A DNA stretch of 64,000 bases, taken from Epithemia pelagica. Lineage: Eukaryota > Protista > Bacillariophyta. A program made the position numbers and the translations under genes. Within the stretch, counting starts at the first letter, position 1; the number at the start of each line of letters is the position of its first letter. Positions 1 through 12,556 of this stretch are shown here, one piece after another. Below the pieces are notes generated by a model. It made no database searches. It had not been told where the DNA came from and saw only the letters and a program-made list of their open reading frames with translations. The stretch covers positions 2,232,001-2,296,000 of the forward strand of contig OX337232.1 of assembly GCA_946965045.2 (NCBI GenBank). The letters are read 5' to 3'.

Positions 1-4
1 TTGT

Positions 5-803
5 TCACTTCTTTGGATGTTTACTGTAGGGATTGCATGCCGTGTCAACTGATGGGGCTGCATATCGTTTTGGCGAAGGTACTCGTCTAATTCGGATTTC
101 TGGCTGTGCATCAAGTGAGTTCCACAACAACAACAGCTCCAACTCGGCACGTAAACCATGTAGATCATCAAAGTTTGGTGGAATGAAAGTCCCAGTCTCC
201 AAGTGACGTTTCCGCGAAGCGACAGTGTAGTTGTAGGATCCGATCATTCCTCCAGCGGTCGAAACCATTGCCTTTGAATGTGAGTATGACGTTGTTTTCG
301 CCGAGTCGTCCCGTCCAAATCTGCACATGGAGCTTCCCAACCGCTTCTTCTCTCGTTTGACTTCTACCCACGAAATTTTCCAAGTTCACGATATTGGTTA
401 TTGCCGGGCCTAGAATGACGTTGATGGTGAGACCACCGTTTTGAGGGTCGGCATAATAGCAAAGTTGGTCGATTGCATCAAAATCACTGAGGAAAGGGAT
501 GGACAGGAAAACTGTCGAATTGGCCTCTGCTTTGTCTAGAAGATGCAGAAAAACGACAAAGGGATGTCGATCATGAGCATAGGATTCTCCTTTCAGTTCC
601 CCATCTTCATGTCGTAGCCAGGTAGAGAGTACGTAAACTTTGTCAGTGTGTAGCGGTCGTACTGGCGTGGATTCTCCCAGGCTAACCCAGCTCTGATCGA
701 TGAAATGGCCGTCGCTGACCCAAACAACTTTCTCCTGTTCAAGCAGTTCATACTCGTGATTGTACCCGCTGCCGACTTCTTCGATCGCCTCAGTATCGCT
801 CAT
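5..803 (-). CDS. Single-domain phospholipase D-superfamily (PLDc_2-like) protein, split by an apparent frameshift near 320-340
   Basis: ORF 5..340 carries HSKAMVSTAGGMIGSYNYT..SRKRHLETG, matching HxK...GSxN...ExG. ORF 168..803 supplies a plausible N-half (LLDKAEANSTVFLSIPFLSDFDAIDQL). The two frames overlap at EEAVGKLHV / RFGRDD. I found no in-frame GT-AG intron that joins them. Confidence 0.6.
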
Positions 804-1087
804 GTTTCCCCTCCCTTAACTTATGACTGTTGTGAAGTGAGGAGGGGGGTGGTTTGTTCGTTTGTTTGTTTCCGTGTTATTCACATGGCTCTCTCACTAT
901 CTATCTCTCTTCGTCGTTCTGTTTACGTCATACTCATGACTAAAATTCCTACAGAGATTGGACGACTGTCCGACACACCTCCTTGTTAAACTTGTTTTCG
1001 TTTTCCTAAGGACAACAAGCCCATAAGCTCGTTTCTTTTCGACATCAAACATATACCACAACCAATCTTTACATTCAAGTCTTCTAT

Positions 1088-2440
1088 TCAATTGTCATAT
1101 CGTTCCAAAATACAGGCATGACCCATACCACCGTCAGCGCAGGCGGCAACCAGTGCAAAGCGAGCACCTTCATCTTGAAGTCGCTTCGAGGCCGTCGTGA
1201 CAAGTCGAGAGCCCGTGGCTCCAAAGGGATGACCAACTGCCAACGATCCTCCTTTGGTGTTCATTTTGTCGACATCCACTGTACCAACCTTTTTCCCTCC
1301 AAAGTGTTCGTCAGCAAACTTTTGTGATCCCATGGCGGTCAGATTGGACAGAATCTGTCCTGCAAAGGCTTCGTGGATTTCAAACACTCCAATGTCTTTT
1401 TCCATATCCATTTTGTTCTTTGTCAGCAGCTCTTGCGAACAATAAGTAGGACCCAGAAGTAGTTCTTGGAAGGGATCACAAGCCTTGAAAGACCAATCAC
1501 GAAGGTACGCCATAGGCTTGTAGCCCAATTCCTTCGCTTTACTTTCGCTCATTAGCAGCGATGCGGCGGCTCCATCCGTCAAGTAACTTGAGTTTGCAGC
1601 CGTGTGTGTTCCATGAGGCTTGATAAATGCAGGCTTGAGCTTGGACACGGACTCCTTTGTGGAATCTCCCTTGATACCATTCTCCTTGGTACTGCCCTTG
1701 TAGGCAATTACGTCATTTTTGTAAAAGCCATCCTCGTGAGCTTTGGCCGCCAGTGTGTGCGAACGAACTGTGTACTCGTCTTGGTCATCTCTTGACACAC
1801 CAAATTTAGCAGATAATCGGTCACTGCTCACCCCCATGACTTCTCCCGTTGTGTAATTGGCAATGGCCGGAGTTTCGAGGCCCAAATCTTTCATGGCAAG
1901 CCCTTTGACCATATGAGAAAAGGCCCCCACCATTCCGCCTTTCTTCATGGCCTTGCTCATGGTGATTAGCTTTTGTCGAATGGGACGCTTGAGACGAATG
2001 GGAACGTCAGAAAAGGTTTCGGTGCCACCGGCAATCACAACGTTGGCATGACCCGTCAAAATTTTCTCGGCTCCGGCGCAAATGGCCGCATTGGCTGAAA
2101 TACAAGCTTGCGCAATGGTATGAGCTCCAATCGACTGGGGAAGACCGGCATTAATAGCTGCCTCACGAGCAATATTGCTGGTGCGCACTTCTTGAATGAC
2201 ATTGCCGGCAATCACATAGTCCACTTCGGATTTAGGAAGAGCGGTTTGGGTCAACAAACCTTGAATTGCCAAACGTTGCAAATCAACAGCCAGTTGATCT
2301 TCATATATTGTGCTTGTCATGGCAAACGGGAGACGAACTCCCGATACTACCACCACTGGATCGTTCTGCACGGCCGTCGTAAAGGCCCGACCGACCGCCA
2401 GTCGTCGAATCGCGTTGCTGGATCGAAGAGAAGCAATCAT
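1088..2440 (-). CDS. HADHB: 3-ketoacyl-CoA thiolase, mitochondrial trifunctional enzyme beta-subunit type
   Basis: Thiolase motifs QACISANAA, FEIHEAFAGQ, GHPFGATG and ACADGG, the NSSYLTDGA segment, and a mitochondrial-type N-terminus. Confidence 0.92.
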   Translation of the reverse strand: MIASLRSSNAIRRLAVGRAFTTAVQNDPVVVVSGVRLPFAMTSTIYEDQLAVDLQRLAIQGLLTQTALPKSEVDYVIAGNVIQEVRTSNIAREAAINAGLPQSIGAHTIAQACISANAAICAGAEKILTGHANVVIAGGTETFSDVPIRLKRPIRQKLITMSKAMKKGGMVGAFSHMVKGLAMKDLGLETPAIANYTTGEVMGVSSDRLSAKFGVSRDDQDEYTVRSHTLAAKAHEDGFYKNDVIAYKGSTKENGIKGDSTKESVSKLKPAFIKPHGTHTAANSSYLTDGAAASLLMSESKAKELGYKPMAYLRDWSFKACDPFQELLLGPTYCSQELLTKNKMDMEKDIGVFEIHEAFAGQILSNLTAMGSQKFADEHFGGKKVGTVDVDKMNTKGGSLAVGHPFGATGSRLVTTASKRLQDEGARFALVAACADGGMGHACILERYDN

Positions 2441-3140
2441 TCTTCAATAAATGGCGGAGGAATGACAAATAATGGTATGATAAAGGACTGTTTCGTTTCG
2501 CCTGTAAAGCAACAAGGAAAAGATCAATGGAGATAATGAGCAGTACACGTTATGGTCTTCGTCGAGTTTGTTTTTTGGTTGTCGTCCAAAAGACTGAATT
2601 TTTGGAGACCAATCGAATCCATCAAGATTTTGGGTGTCACCTTGAAAAATGGTGTCATGGTGTCATGTGATGCACCCGCTCATTCGCGACCAATCTACTT
2701 CCGGATGATTGTTCTCATAGCTCGGATAGCAATTTTTCTTTCTCTCTCCTTGCTCTTACTCCTAGGTTACTCGCGCCGGAGTGAGTAAGGTAGAAGTACT
2801 TCTACTCCAACAAGCTCTCCAATCTCCGCAAAGCCACAGACTCTATGACAACAAACAAAAGGATTGTTGTATAAGTAATGAATGCAGTAATACAGGCTGA
2901 AATCCAGCTATGCGATCATACTAGCTAAATTAGGGCAATGTCTCTTGAAGGACAATCAAACCAGCAGAAACGATCGTGGGATTTATAGCCATACTTCGCG
3001 TGCATGGTTCCGGAAGATCAGCGCTACTCTTGTCTGGGCTTGTGCATTCAACACTCCATTCCACCTGTTGGATTCCAGTAAACCTGGTTGAAACACCATA
3101 TTTGTCGCCTTTCCACAGAAGGCCTTCAGTGCTTGCCTTA

Positions 3141-3770
3141 TTATTGTAACATGATCGCAGCGACTGCATCCATAAACTTCTCGGCAACAACTTGGCCGGA
3201 CCAAAGTACTACCAGGGCACCAATGCTGTTGCTTGCATCCAAAAGTCCCCACCGTGCAATACGCATTCCGAGTCCAAAGTAGCTAATTGGAAAAAATATG
3301 GTTCGAAATGTGGGTCCCGGAACTTCTTTCTCATCTCCCAAACTTTCCACTGTAGTTGTGCTGACTTCCAACGACAACAATGGCACACCGTAATACAAGG
3401 CAAAGACGGCAAAGGTCACGACATAAGATCCATAACGCGTCAACACTTTTTCCATTCCTTCCTCTTTTCTCTTTCGAACCTTTCTAATTTCGTCAATTTC
3501 TCTTTCCTTGGCTAGCACTTGACGTTCCAGCTTACTGGTTTCCACAAACTTTGAAGGCCCCATGTCTCGCATTCGTTTGGTTTCTCGTTGTAGGACCGCC
3601 AAACCTGCCTCTTTGGTGCGCAAGGACTTGGGTTTGATCTTGAACGAAAGGAGGAGGAAACGACTTATACACTCCCATCCCATCCCTATCGCTAATAGAA
3701 GAAAGATGTCCAAAGGACGAATCTCCGACAGGTAAATTGGAGGGTGCGGAAGAAGATCCATCATGGTCAA
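3141..3770 (-). CDS. GET1/WRB-like tail-anchored protein insertase subunit
   Basis: Topology is TM, coiled-coil (LQRETKRMRDMGPSKFVETSKLERQVLAKEREIDE), TM, TM, in a protein of ~209 aa. Confidence 0.55.
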   Translation of the reverse strand: MTMMDLLPHPPIYLSEIRPLDIFLLLAIGMGWECISRFLLLSFKIKPKSLRTKEAGLAVLQRETKRMRDMGPSKFVETSKLERQVLAKEREIDEIRKVRKRKEEGMEKVLTRYGSYVVTFAVFALYYGVPLLSLEVSTTTVESLGDEKEVPGPTFRTIFFPISYFGLGMRIARWGLLDASNSIGALVVLWSGQVVAEKFMDAVAAIMLQ

Positions 3771-3832
3771 AATAAGAGATGACGCTGCGGCGTTGTGGTG
3801 GACAGGTGGTTTCGAAATTTTAAAAATTTAAA

Positions 3833-5281
3833 ATGGGGGTACATCATTCTCACAAACTCTTCCACCGACCGACAAGCACGATGATGTCATGGAAGATATC
3901 CATCATGATGTACTTGACGAACGTTGTTGCCATCATTCTTGCCTCAGCAAGCACTTCAACTGCTTTTAATGAGCCTTTTCTGCGAGTCGATGCAAGAGCA
4001 AGGTTTCGTACACAGATTTCCTGCAGCGGAAAAACCGAAGGCGATAGTTACTTGTGGTCGCTTCCACATCAGGTTGGCAAGGCTTTTGTGACTGCGTCAC
4101 TCTGCCTTTCTCTCGTCGGAGCGTCACCAAGTGTTGCTCACAGTGCAGGATATGGGTCGCTAACAGACGAACAAAAGGTAGTAGCTGAAGCATGGAGGCT
4201 GGTGGATAATTCGTTCTTGGATCGCACATTTAATGGCCAAGATTGGTTTGAACTTCGCCAGACATATGTGAAGAAGAAATACAAGAATATGGACGAGGCA
4301 AGAACATCCATTGATGAAATGATGGGAACACTAGGTGACAAGTACACTCGCTACTTGTCCCCGAGCAAATACCAATCGCTGGTCGATTCCGCCACTGGCA
4401 CTCTGGCTGGAGTCGGAGTGGAAATTTCCGCCAACAAGCAGGGCCAAATCATTGCCTCGGATGTGGAACCGAATTCACCCGCCCAAAAAGGCGGCATTCT
4501 TCCAAACGATGAATTTGTGGAAGTGGATGGAACACGGTTTGATAGTCGGTCCACTCCAGACGATGTGGCACTGAAACTACGTGGGCCAGAGGGAAGCAAA
4601 GTTGGCGTGGTAATGAAGCGTGATGGCAAGATTGAAGATTTTATACTTGAACGGAAACCAATCAAGATTACGACTGTTTCTTCGTACCTCTCTAGCCTTT
4701 CCGGAGCAGGAAAAGTTGGTGTGATTCGCATTAAAAACTTTTCGGCGACAACTGCTGATACGGTATCACAACAAATATCACAGCTCAAGTCTAAAGGAGC
4801 CAATGCTTTTGTGATTGATCTCCGTGGAAACCCTGGCGGTTTGTTACCTGGTGGTGTTGGTACCGCATCGCTATTTCTTGAAGCGGATAAGCCAGTGGTT
4901 TATGTGGTTGGGAAGACCGGTATTGTCGATGCACAAGCTACTTTGGGCACAGGAGTTGATGTTACGTCACCTGTTGTAGTTCTGGTGAATTCTAACACTG
5001 CTTCGGCTGCCGAAGTTTTTACTGCTGCATTGAAAGAGAACGAACGAGCCACGGTCGCTGGGGAACAGACATTTGGAAAAGGGGTTGTTCAAACAATCCG
5101 CGGATTGTCCGATAACAATGGTGGACTTTCAATCACAGTGGCTCGATATGAGACACCAAACCACAATGACATCAATAATCAAGGAATTCCTGTTAACGCC
5201 GAGACACCCGTTGATTGTCCTAAGGACAATGCAGTTGCGTGTCTCAAACCAGGCCTCTTCATCAAACCAAAGGGTTCATAG
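3833..5281 (+). CDS. ctpA: Carboxyl-terminal processing peptidase (S41A, CtpA/D1-processing type), plastid-targeted
   Basis: EAWRLVD..F.D.TFNGQDW, LGDKYTRYL, a PDZ segment (GVGVEI...LRGPEGSKV), IDLRGNPGG, catalytic TASAAE and GEQTFGKG. The N-terminus is a signal peptide followed by STAF, resembling a diatom bipartite presequence. The exact start is uncertain. Confidence 0.92.
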   Translation: MGVHHSHKLFHRPTSTMMSWKISIMMYLTNVVAIILASASTSTAFNEPFLRVDARARFRTQISCSGKTEGDSYLWSLPHQVGKAFVTASLCLSLVGASPSVAHSAGYGSLTDEQKVVAEAWRLVDNSFLDRTFNGQDWFELRQTYVKKKYKNMDEARTSIDEMMGTLGDKYTRYLSPSKYQSLVDSATGTLAGVGVEISANKQGQIIASDVEPNSPAQKGGILPNDEFVEVDGTRFDSRSTPDDVALKLRGPEGSKVGVVMKRDGKIEDFILERKPIKITTVSSYLSSLSGAGKVGVIRIKNFSATTADTVSQQISQLKSKGANAFVIDLRGNPGGLLPGGVGTASLFLEADKPVVYVVGKTGIVDAQATLGTGVDVTSPVVVLVNSNTASAAEVFTAALKENERATVAGEQTFGKGVVQTIRGLSDNNGGLSITVARYETPNHNDINNQGIPVNAETPVDCPKDNAVACLKPGLFIKPKGS

Positions 5282-5299
5282 TCCCCCTTCCCAGTTGGC

Positions 5300-6863
5300 T
5301 CATTTATTCTCTACAATCAACTTGTCTCCAGTTCCATCATCCTTATCTTTGGATCTTTCATTGTTTGATGGTGCACCCTTCACCTTTTCTTCGTCAAGTT
5401 TGTACTTCTCACGATGGTTGCTAAACTCTTGGATTGCTATAAAATTGACAAAGTTTCCTTCCCTTTTTTCCTCGTCGACCACATGCTTCATCAACACGCC
5501 ATTGCGGAACGTTTTCCATCTTCGGTATACATCTGAATCTTTTTTGGTCCAATCCAGGTCAGGGAGATCGGGATTGGAATGCTTCCTCCTGTTGTATCCT
5601 CCATAGAAGCTCATATCAAGGTACAAACCCTGTGGAGGAGCAGGGCATATATTAATGTCTTCATCTCGATTAAAAGCTCGTTCGATGAATGATAACGGAA
5701 CTACACCCCGTGTCACTTCTATTGCCATCCAGACCATCTTTCGAATCTGATGTAGCAAAAATGATTGTCCAAGGACCTGAGTTGGGATCCATTCAGTTCC
5801 ATTTTCAAATACTATTGGATCTTCCACGACAAACGATACTATGTAGCGAGCCGAGCGAGCTTCGTCATTTCTGACACCTTTTGAGAAGTTATGGAAGGAA
5901 TGAGTTCCTTCATACAGTTTCAACGCATCTTTGAGAAGCGAAAGCTGCTGAGGAGACGCTCGATATGTGTCCATCTGAGCCTGTAACTTTGAGATATCTT
6001 CTTGTGGTACGCGCTCGGCGATGTGTCGGTCACCTGGACCAATCTCATTCTTTTCTAACATTTCTCTAACTTCCCCGGCACTATGAAAGACAAACGATGG
6101 AATCATGTATTGGTAGCGCACCCGATCTCGTTGAGTTTTGGCACAGAAGGGTTTCGACACCCGATTCACATCAAGGACTCGAATATCCTCCGGTAAACAA
6201 CCGTTTAATTCGTTCACAACATCGTCCATTGTTTGCGTTTGCTCAAATTCGATCTTGGCACTGCAGACTTGGGCGCATGCATGAACGCCCTTGTCGGTTC
6301 GTCCAGAGGTTGACCAAGAGTATTTGTATGGAAATCCAAAATTAGTGTGTTTCAGGAAATTGCAACGAAACAAGGCCAACTCAAATTCGGATTGCAAGGT
6401 ACGCTGACTAGGGTTCATTTGGAAACTGTTGGTTGAAACGATGAGACGATCGACATGAGATACTGACGCGGAGGTAGAGAATTAACTCACCACGTAGGAA
6501 AAGGTATTCATTATGCACATGAACTTACCCACTATAGTTGGTTCCCAAATAGGCCAGCAGGAAGGCCACTTTTCGTTTTATACGTTTCTTCTCGGATGAG
6601 TCTGCTTCGCCATTTTCTTCACCATCGTCCTCACTTTTATGGTCACCTTTCTTCTCCACGTCGTCCAGTTCCGGCAAGTCGACTCCAAACATTTTCCTCA
6701 TTTGTGAACTAGCGTAAGACCCTGGATGGATTTCCGCCGAAGTTTTCCCCTCGCCTCGCGTAGTCATTGTCTGACTCTCGTCACGATTTCCATCCTCTGC
6801 ATCATTTTCAGCTGCATTCCCTCCGTGCTTCCTTTTCTTACCGTATCCAGACCTTTTACCCAT
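5300..6863 (-). CDS. PUS1: tRNA pseudouridine synthase, TruA/PUS1 family; 2 exons (intron 6426..6528)
   Basis: KRKVAFLLAYLGTNYSG|FQ spliced across a GT-AG intron, GRTDKGVHA catalytic Asp motif, YEGTHSFHNFS and GQSFLLHQIRKMV. Confidence 0.9.
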
Positions 6864-7686
6864 GTTCTGCTGGAAGACCCTGAACGGATTTCGATAATTC
6901 CGATATGCAAATTTACCGTAGAGATGAGAGGGAAGCAAAACGCGAAACGAACTAGGAGTATCTCGATACAGACGAAATGGATCTGTTCGAAGCTTCAATA
7001 GGAGATATTGCACACTCCGACAACCTGGAGGAGACGGTGATCGATACATACAGGGACTTCAAAGACAAAATGAAAATCCAGAATCAGACGCAGATCCAGC
7101 TAGAGTCTACTCCTCTCAGCTATGGGGTGTGGGAGCTAGTCTAGGAAAGCGGAAGCATAGCGAAAAAAGTTGAGACGCCCGAAGCCCGAAAGAGGATGTC
7201 TACCTATCCGTATCCACCTCTCTAGAGAGAGGAGTTGAATGGTTTGAATGAAAAGCAACGGAAGTGATGGGTCTCCTTCGAACTGAAGAGAAGCAGATTC
7301 ATGTCCCTCGCAACTGCCAATGATGATGACAATTCGTTCATAATCTAGCATCAACTGCGGTCTACTCAACCAACAGAACCTTAGGCGAAGTACGCCTATC
7401 AATCGGATAGTCACTCTTGTTAATGGAATGGAAAATGGTTTATTATCAGTAGTTAGGTGGTCTACTAATGGAGACAGACGAAACCAACTGTACATTTTCA
7501 TGGATAGTCATACGTGATAAGCCATCCAAGGTCACATCTTGCATTTCAATGATTCTATGGAAGTTGTGATGGAAGTGGTCGAGATGGCTCTGTGATCAAT
7601 GCTTCTTTTCATTCGCAGAGGATCCAGATGAACATACTGGATAATGATGAGGTGAGGATATGGACAAGAGAGATATGGGAGACCGA

Positions 7687-8731
7687 TTAAAGTCTGAGAA
7701 CGCGGCCACGGTAGTCGAGGTTGGTGGGACGTTTCGTGAAAAAGTTGGTGATTCTCTGTCTGAGAAGCAAATCTTCATTGTGTTGCCGAATGAACCATTC
7801 TCGCAATTGGTTGTTGGAGAATGAGCCAAGGCCGAAAGCTGGCAATATCCGGAAACTGCGAGCCAACGCAACAGTGGAAAATTGACTTCGAATGACTTGT
7901 AAACGTTCGTTCAATGTGCGTCTTGGGTTTTGGCAAACATCAATGGCATGAATGTGAAACGGGGCAGTAATGAATTGAGTCGCCATCGGCATGGCCAATG
8001 CCATGGAGAGAGCAGCCGTGTTTCTCTCCACACCATGTTCTCTCACGAGGTATTGTGCGGCACGTGGTGCCGTATAGAAGGTAGCATACATGGTAGCAGC
8101 ATCACGGGCCGCAAAAAGGGCTAACGACCGAAAGGGAGTTGAAGGTCTGACTCCACTTGAGACAGTCCGTGGGAAGGCAAACTGACGAGCAAAAACTGAG
8201 TCGCGCCACGCAAGAAGTGAAGTATTAGCTGCCGATGCAGCTGCGAGTTTGATTTGTTTTCGACTTCTGTTCCCTCTAACCTTGCGAGCGTCCATGAAGG
8301 CTTCTGAAAGGTTTGCGACAGAAAAGGTGCCGAAATATACCCCAAAAGTTAATCGAAAGGCAGGAGACCGGAAAAACGCGTTTGGAGTGCTAAAAGTGCC
8401 AAACCATCACATCATATTGTTAGCAGTACCATCAAGTGAGAACAAAGTCCATCACATGCATCACTTACAAGAGCAGTTCACCAGTTGAGTAACTAGCTGC
8501 CTTCAAAAACTTGGCTCCACCCGATATGTTCTGCACAATGCTTTTGTCAATAATGCCAACCAACGGAGAAACCAACGAGGCTGCCGCAAAGGCACAACCA
8601 ATCTCAATCAGTGCCCGTACTTTCAGCGTTTCGATGAAAGGTGAGCCAGCATTACCGAACAGCCAGTTGCGAGACCAACTTCGATTCATCGTCGCCCGTG
8701 GCTCATTCTCTGCTCTGTAAGGCATCACCAT
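7687..8731 (-). CDS. Conserved mitochondrial-carrier-like membrane protein of unknown function; intron ~8390-8468
   Basis: AAASLVSPLVGIIDKSI, an in-frame spliced exon FTPNAFFRSPAFRLTFGVYFGTFSVAN, then LALFAARD, ITAPFHIHAID and ARSFRILPAFGLG. This pattern is recalled from a fungal/stramenopile family. The 5' end may extend to an ATG at 8912. Confidence 0.6.
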
Positions 8732-9280
8732 GGTGCTCGCTCTTTCCCCTCACTAGAAAAATAGGGACTTCTACTTTTATGTCACGAAATGGCACCGAGT
8801 TTGTTCGTGAAGTAGGCGTAGGCAGTATGCAGTGATTTGTCTTGTGTTCCAGTAACAAATGCCTGGAAGTTGGAATTGGTCTCGGAACCTGCTGCGCCGC
8901 GAATGTCGACATGTTGCCTCTTTCGCACTCACCATCTGCCTGCAAGTTCGCCCGGTACCCCAAAATGAGGAAAGGTGACACCGCGAATGTCGTGAAAGTG
9001 TCTTTCATTCGAGGAAATATTCGCCATTAAATCCCCTCCAAATAGGTGAGACGGCCAGACAAATCCCCAACCCTATCCTTGTTTCAATGTCGCCCGCCAC
9101 TGCTCCAGGTAGCTCTAAGTATCTCTAATTTCCAACACCGTTACATCAAGCTCGGCTTGCGTCCAGCTTCCTCGGATTTGGTTTCTTGTTTAGGACGAAT
9201 GCTCATCCGCTCTCTCTATCGAAGCAAATTGCTGGAAATCTGTCAAGCTTCCTTCTTTTCCACCTTTACTTTGCTCCACC

Positions 9281-12200
9281 ATGTCTAATTTCGACCCTTC
9301 CCTGCATGACCAACTTCAAGGCCAGCTTGATCTGTATTTCAATTCATTGGAACTTGAATGGTTTTCTTCAATGACCTTTCCAATGCATGTTGGAGATGAT
9401 TGCGCATTCAACACGAGTGTCGTCAATGTTGATATATGTGCATTCATTGGATGGCTTCCCGAAGCAGATCACATCCCAGGGGAATATGCATACTTCTGTC
9501 GAACAAAGTATCCTCCATGTCAAAACCCAGCTGCATCTCTCGATGAATCGGAATCTTTTACTTTGTTGAGAACTGATCTGTATCAATCATCTGTGGATGC
9601 CGGATTTTCCCTGACGTCCAATGGAAATACTCACAATGCGTCATTGTCAAAACGCAAAACATTCCCAAAAGACAGTCAAGCTCCCTTTGCCTCGCGCACC
9701 TTTCTGTGTGATCGATACCGTCGTTATCATCAAAAACGCAAACGTTGTACCTCGACTGAAGATATGCAACATCGGAATACCTCTCTCCACAACGACCATA
9801 GAGGTAACAGTAGGGGATTAGATGGCAAACGAGGTCCACGAAAGTGTGTCACCAATCGACCACTTTGCAACAAAGATACGTGTTCTTTCCGATTCAATGT
9901 CTTTGTGGACCTGCATGGATTTTATGTGAAAAGAAATGCAGGGACAACGAAACATTGTAACCACATGAAACGTTCACCACAAGACATCCCCATTAAATTG
10001 CGTATGTTAACAATTGAGCAGAAGAAAAGAGCAGCAGAGCTTGGTAAAGCTAATACACGACCTGCTGCTGGAAGAAACTTCTTCCATGCGAATCACAATA
10101 TGACACTTACCCCACAACAGATACGATACGCTTTTCATTCCCTTGAATCAAACTCCAAGTACCATTATGATGGGATCGAAATCAGAGCAGGAGCTGTTGT
10201 TGATTGGCTTCGATCAACTCCTGGAATAAGTTTCTGTATATGGGGGGCACGACCACAAAAATTATTGCACGCACAAGTAGAGAAAGAGGCCGGTCTTGTA
10301 TTCAGTGAAAATCAAATGGAGGATGGTACGAGGAACGTTACTGATTTATCTGATTTTTGCAAAGAAGTCGTTCATGAGTACTCAGCAGACATGGAAGCAC
10401 TTTCCCTACAAGAAGACCAAAACTTTTTCATAGCATGTGCGTGGATATCAAATAAAGAGAAACGCATGTCCCGCCTGTTGCCCTATGTCCTCAAAGTTGA
10501 CGTCACAGAGGGTACCAACAAGGAGTCAAGACCTCTCCTCACCGCTTCTATCCGTACTGGTTTTGGCAAGTATATTATCATACTTCGAATGTTTCTACGA
10601 GACCAACGTCAGGCAACCTTCCGGTGGGTGTTTTCCTGGGCAATACAAAAACTCCTTGGGGAAGAGTGGGTGGGCCATATCAAGGCTATTATAACTGATG
10701 GAGACTCACATGAAATAACGGAGGTAGAAGAGGCTTGTAAGCAGTTCATACCTGACTGTTTTCGAATCCGGTGTGGTTGGCATATCATTCACAAAGGTTG
10801 GACAAGGCATTGTGCATTTGCCAATGCTATTCCTTCACAAAAAACCAGAGAATACAAATTGTTTTGCTATACGGTAAAGCAATGGTGTTACACCATGATG
10901 TATCCAAAGTTTTGTGAAACTAGAGAAGAGCTGCACATTTCGAAGTGTTTGCTACTTGCCTACGTTCATTCACGTTCTGTTTGAAAGTTCCTTAACAGAG
11001 ATTTACGCTGGAAGGTTCATAACTTTTTGACAGGATATGTGTTCATTCATGAACGACATTTGGCTCATTGCTATCGGAAAAGTATTCGGACATATGATGA
11101 GAATACCAATAGTAGTCATGAAGGAACCAACTGTGGTTTGAAGCAACACACTGCACCTGTCCTTCCTGGAGGTACAGTTCAAAGAAATGCTGCATTATTA
11201 AAATTTCAATCTGACCTTGTGGTTGAGGAACAAATTCGTCTTGCGGCAACAAGGGTTGAAGCCAAATCAATATGGATGAATGGACAGGGATTGCCATTGA
11301 ATGGGTTTGTCACAGAACTCTGTCATGATCTGGTAACACAAGCATGGGAACGTAGGGAAAAATATGCAGTTATTCGTGAGGAATCATCTCCATGGACATG
11401 GAATGTGAAGATTGCTGAACAACAGTGCTTTGAACAAGACAAGAAAAGACTTCATCCTGTATGGCACCGTATCAGAACAGTGACTCTAAATGACAATGGA
11501 CGGCTGTCATGTTCATGTGGTACATTTGAAAGATGTGGTTATCCATGTTCACATCAAGCTGCGGTGTTGAGTTTTGAAGACCACAACTATCAAGGTTTTT
11601 CCCATCATGACGTAAGTGTTGTTTGGTGGAAGAAATATATATTCTTTGGATTCCGATCAACGTCTATGGAAGACTTTAACCTGGACGAATGTCTACAAAC
11701 ATTGCTTGCCAATGAAATGAATGGTCCAAAGTTTTGTTTGAAACCAAATATGGTATGGAGTCCTAAGAATTCGTGGTCATCTCACAGCGGTACAAACTAT
11801 GCGTCTTATTGTTCCGGTTTGTTCGACAACCGTTCCTGTAACCCATGCCTCAACTATTCCCAAGAACAGATCAAAAGGGCAGTCAAGGCCTTTGGTGGTT
11901 TCTTTGTGGATCCTACTTCGACAACTCATAGAGGAGAAACACTAACGCAGGAAAGTTTTGTCGCACCAGATGACATCTCACCTATGTACGGCAAAGAGAT
12001 GCCAAGTCTCGATGGAATAGCTGATAACCTGCCACCTGATGATATTTCAACGTCACATGTTGATTCCTCAGGAGATGAATCAACTACCAATGATGAGCCT
12101 ATTCTAGAATCATGTTCAGACAACATTTTTGAAGTGCCTGGGGACCATGACATGGATTTGAATCAGCGTTGTGATGATGCTTATGGACAGGGATTGAGTC

Positions 12201-12460
12201 CAACCTTGTTTGTCAGGTTAATGAAAGAGGAAATATCAGAGTTGCAGAAGCTTTTCCGATCTGCAAATTACAACAACAATGCCATTGATTTGAGATCAAC
12301 CCTTTCACATGTGAAAGAGCTCACGCGTACCATTCGGAAGGATATGGCCGAAAGGGCAAATTATAATCAGGGACAAGAATGGGTGTCTTCAAACAGTGAA
12401 CAGTCAAGGCACAGTCGTTGTTTCCGTGGAGCTCAATTAGGATTGACGCAATTTGAGTAG
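9281..12460 (+). pseudogene. MULE transposase with SWIM zinc finger, interrupted by one in-frame TGA (10982..10984)
   Basis: WRKY/GCM1-like CNKDTCSFRFNV...HCNH, MULE core LKVDVTEGTNKESRPL, IITDGD and RIRCGWHIIHKGW, and SWIM CSCGTFERCGYPCSHQ. ORFs 9281..10984 and 11027..12460 are in the same frame, separated only by RSV*KFL. Confidence 0.85.
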
Positions 12461-12556
12461 TAATTGTCATGTGCATTTTAGTGGGCTATGTCTCTATGTT
12501 CAAGATAGATGCAATTTGAATGTTCTGTCTGGTACAAACGCTAGTATGTTATGTTT

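Noticed and set aside
8900-9018. Outward extension of the MULE TIR into 14450-14640 and a 9-bp TSD
   Set aside because: Only scattered short matches with inconsistent offsets, and no flanking direct repeat was found.
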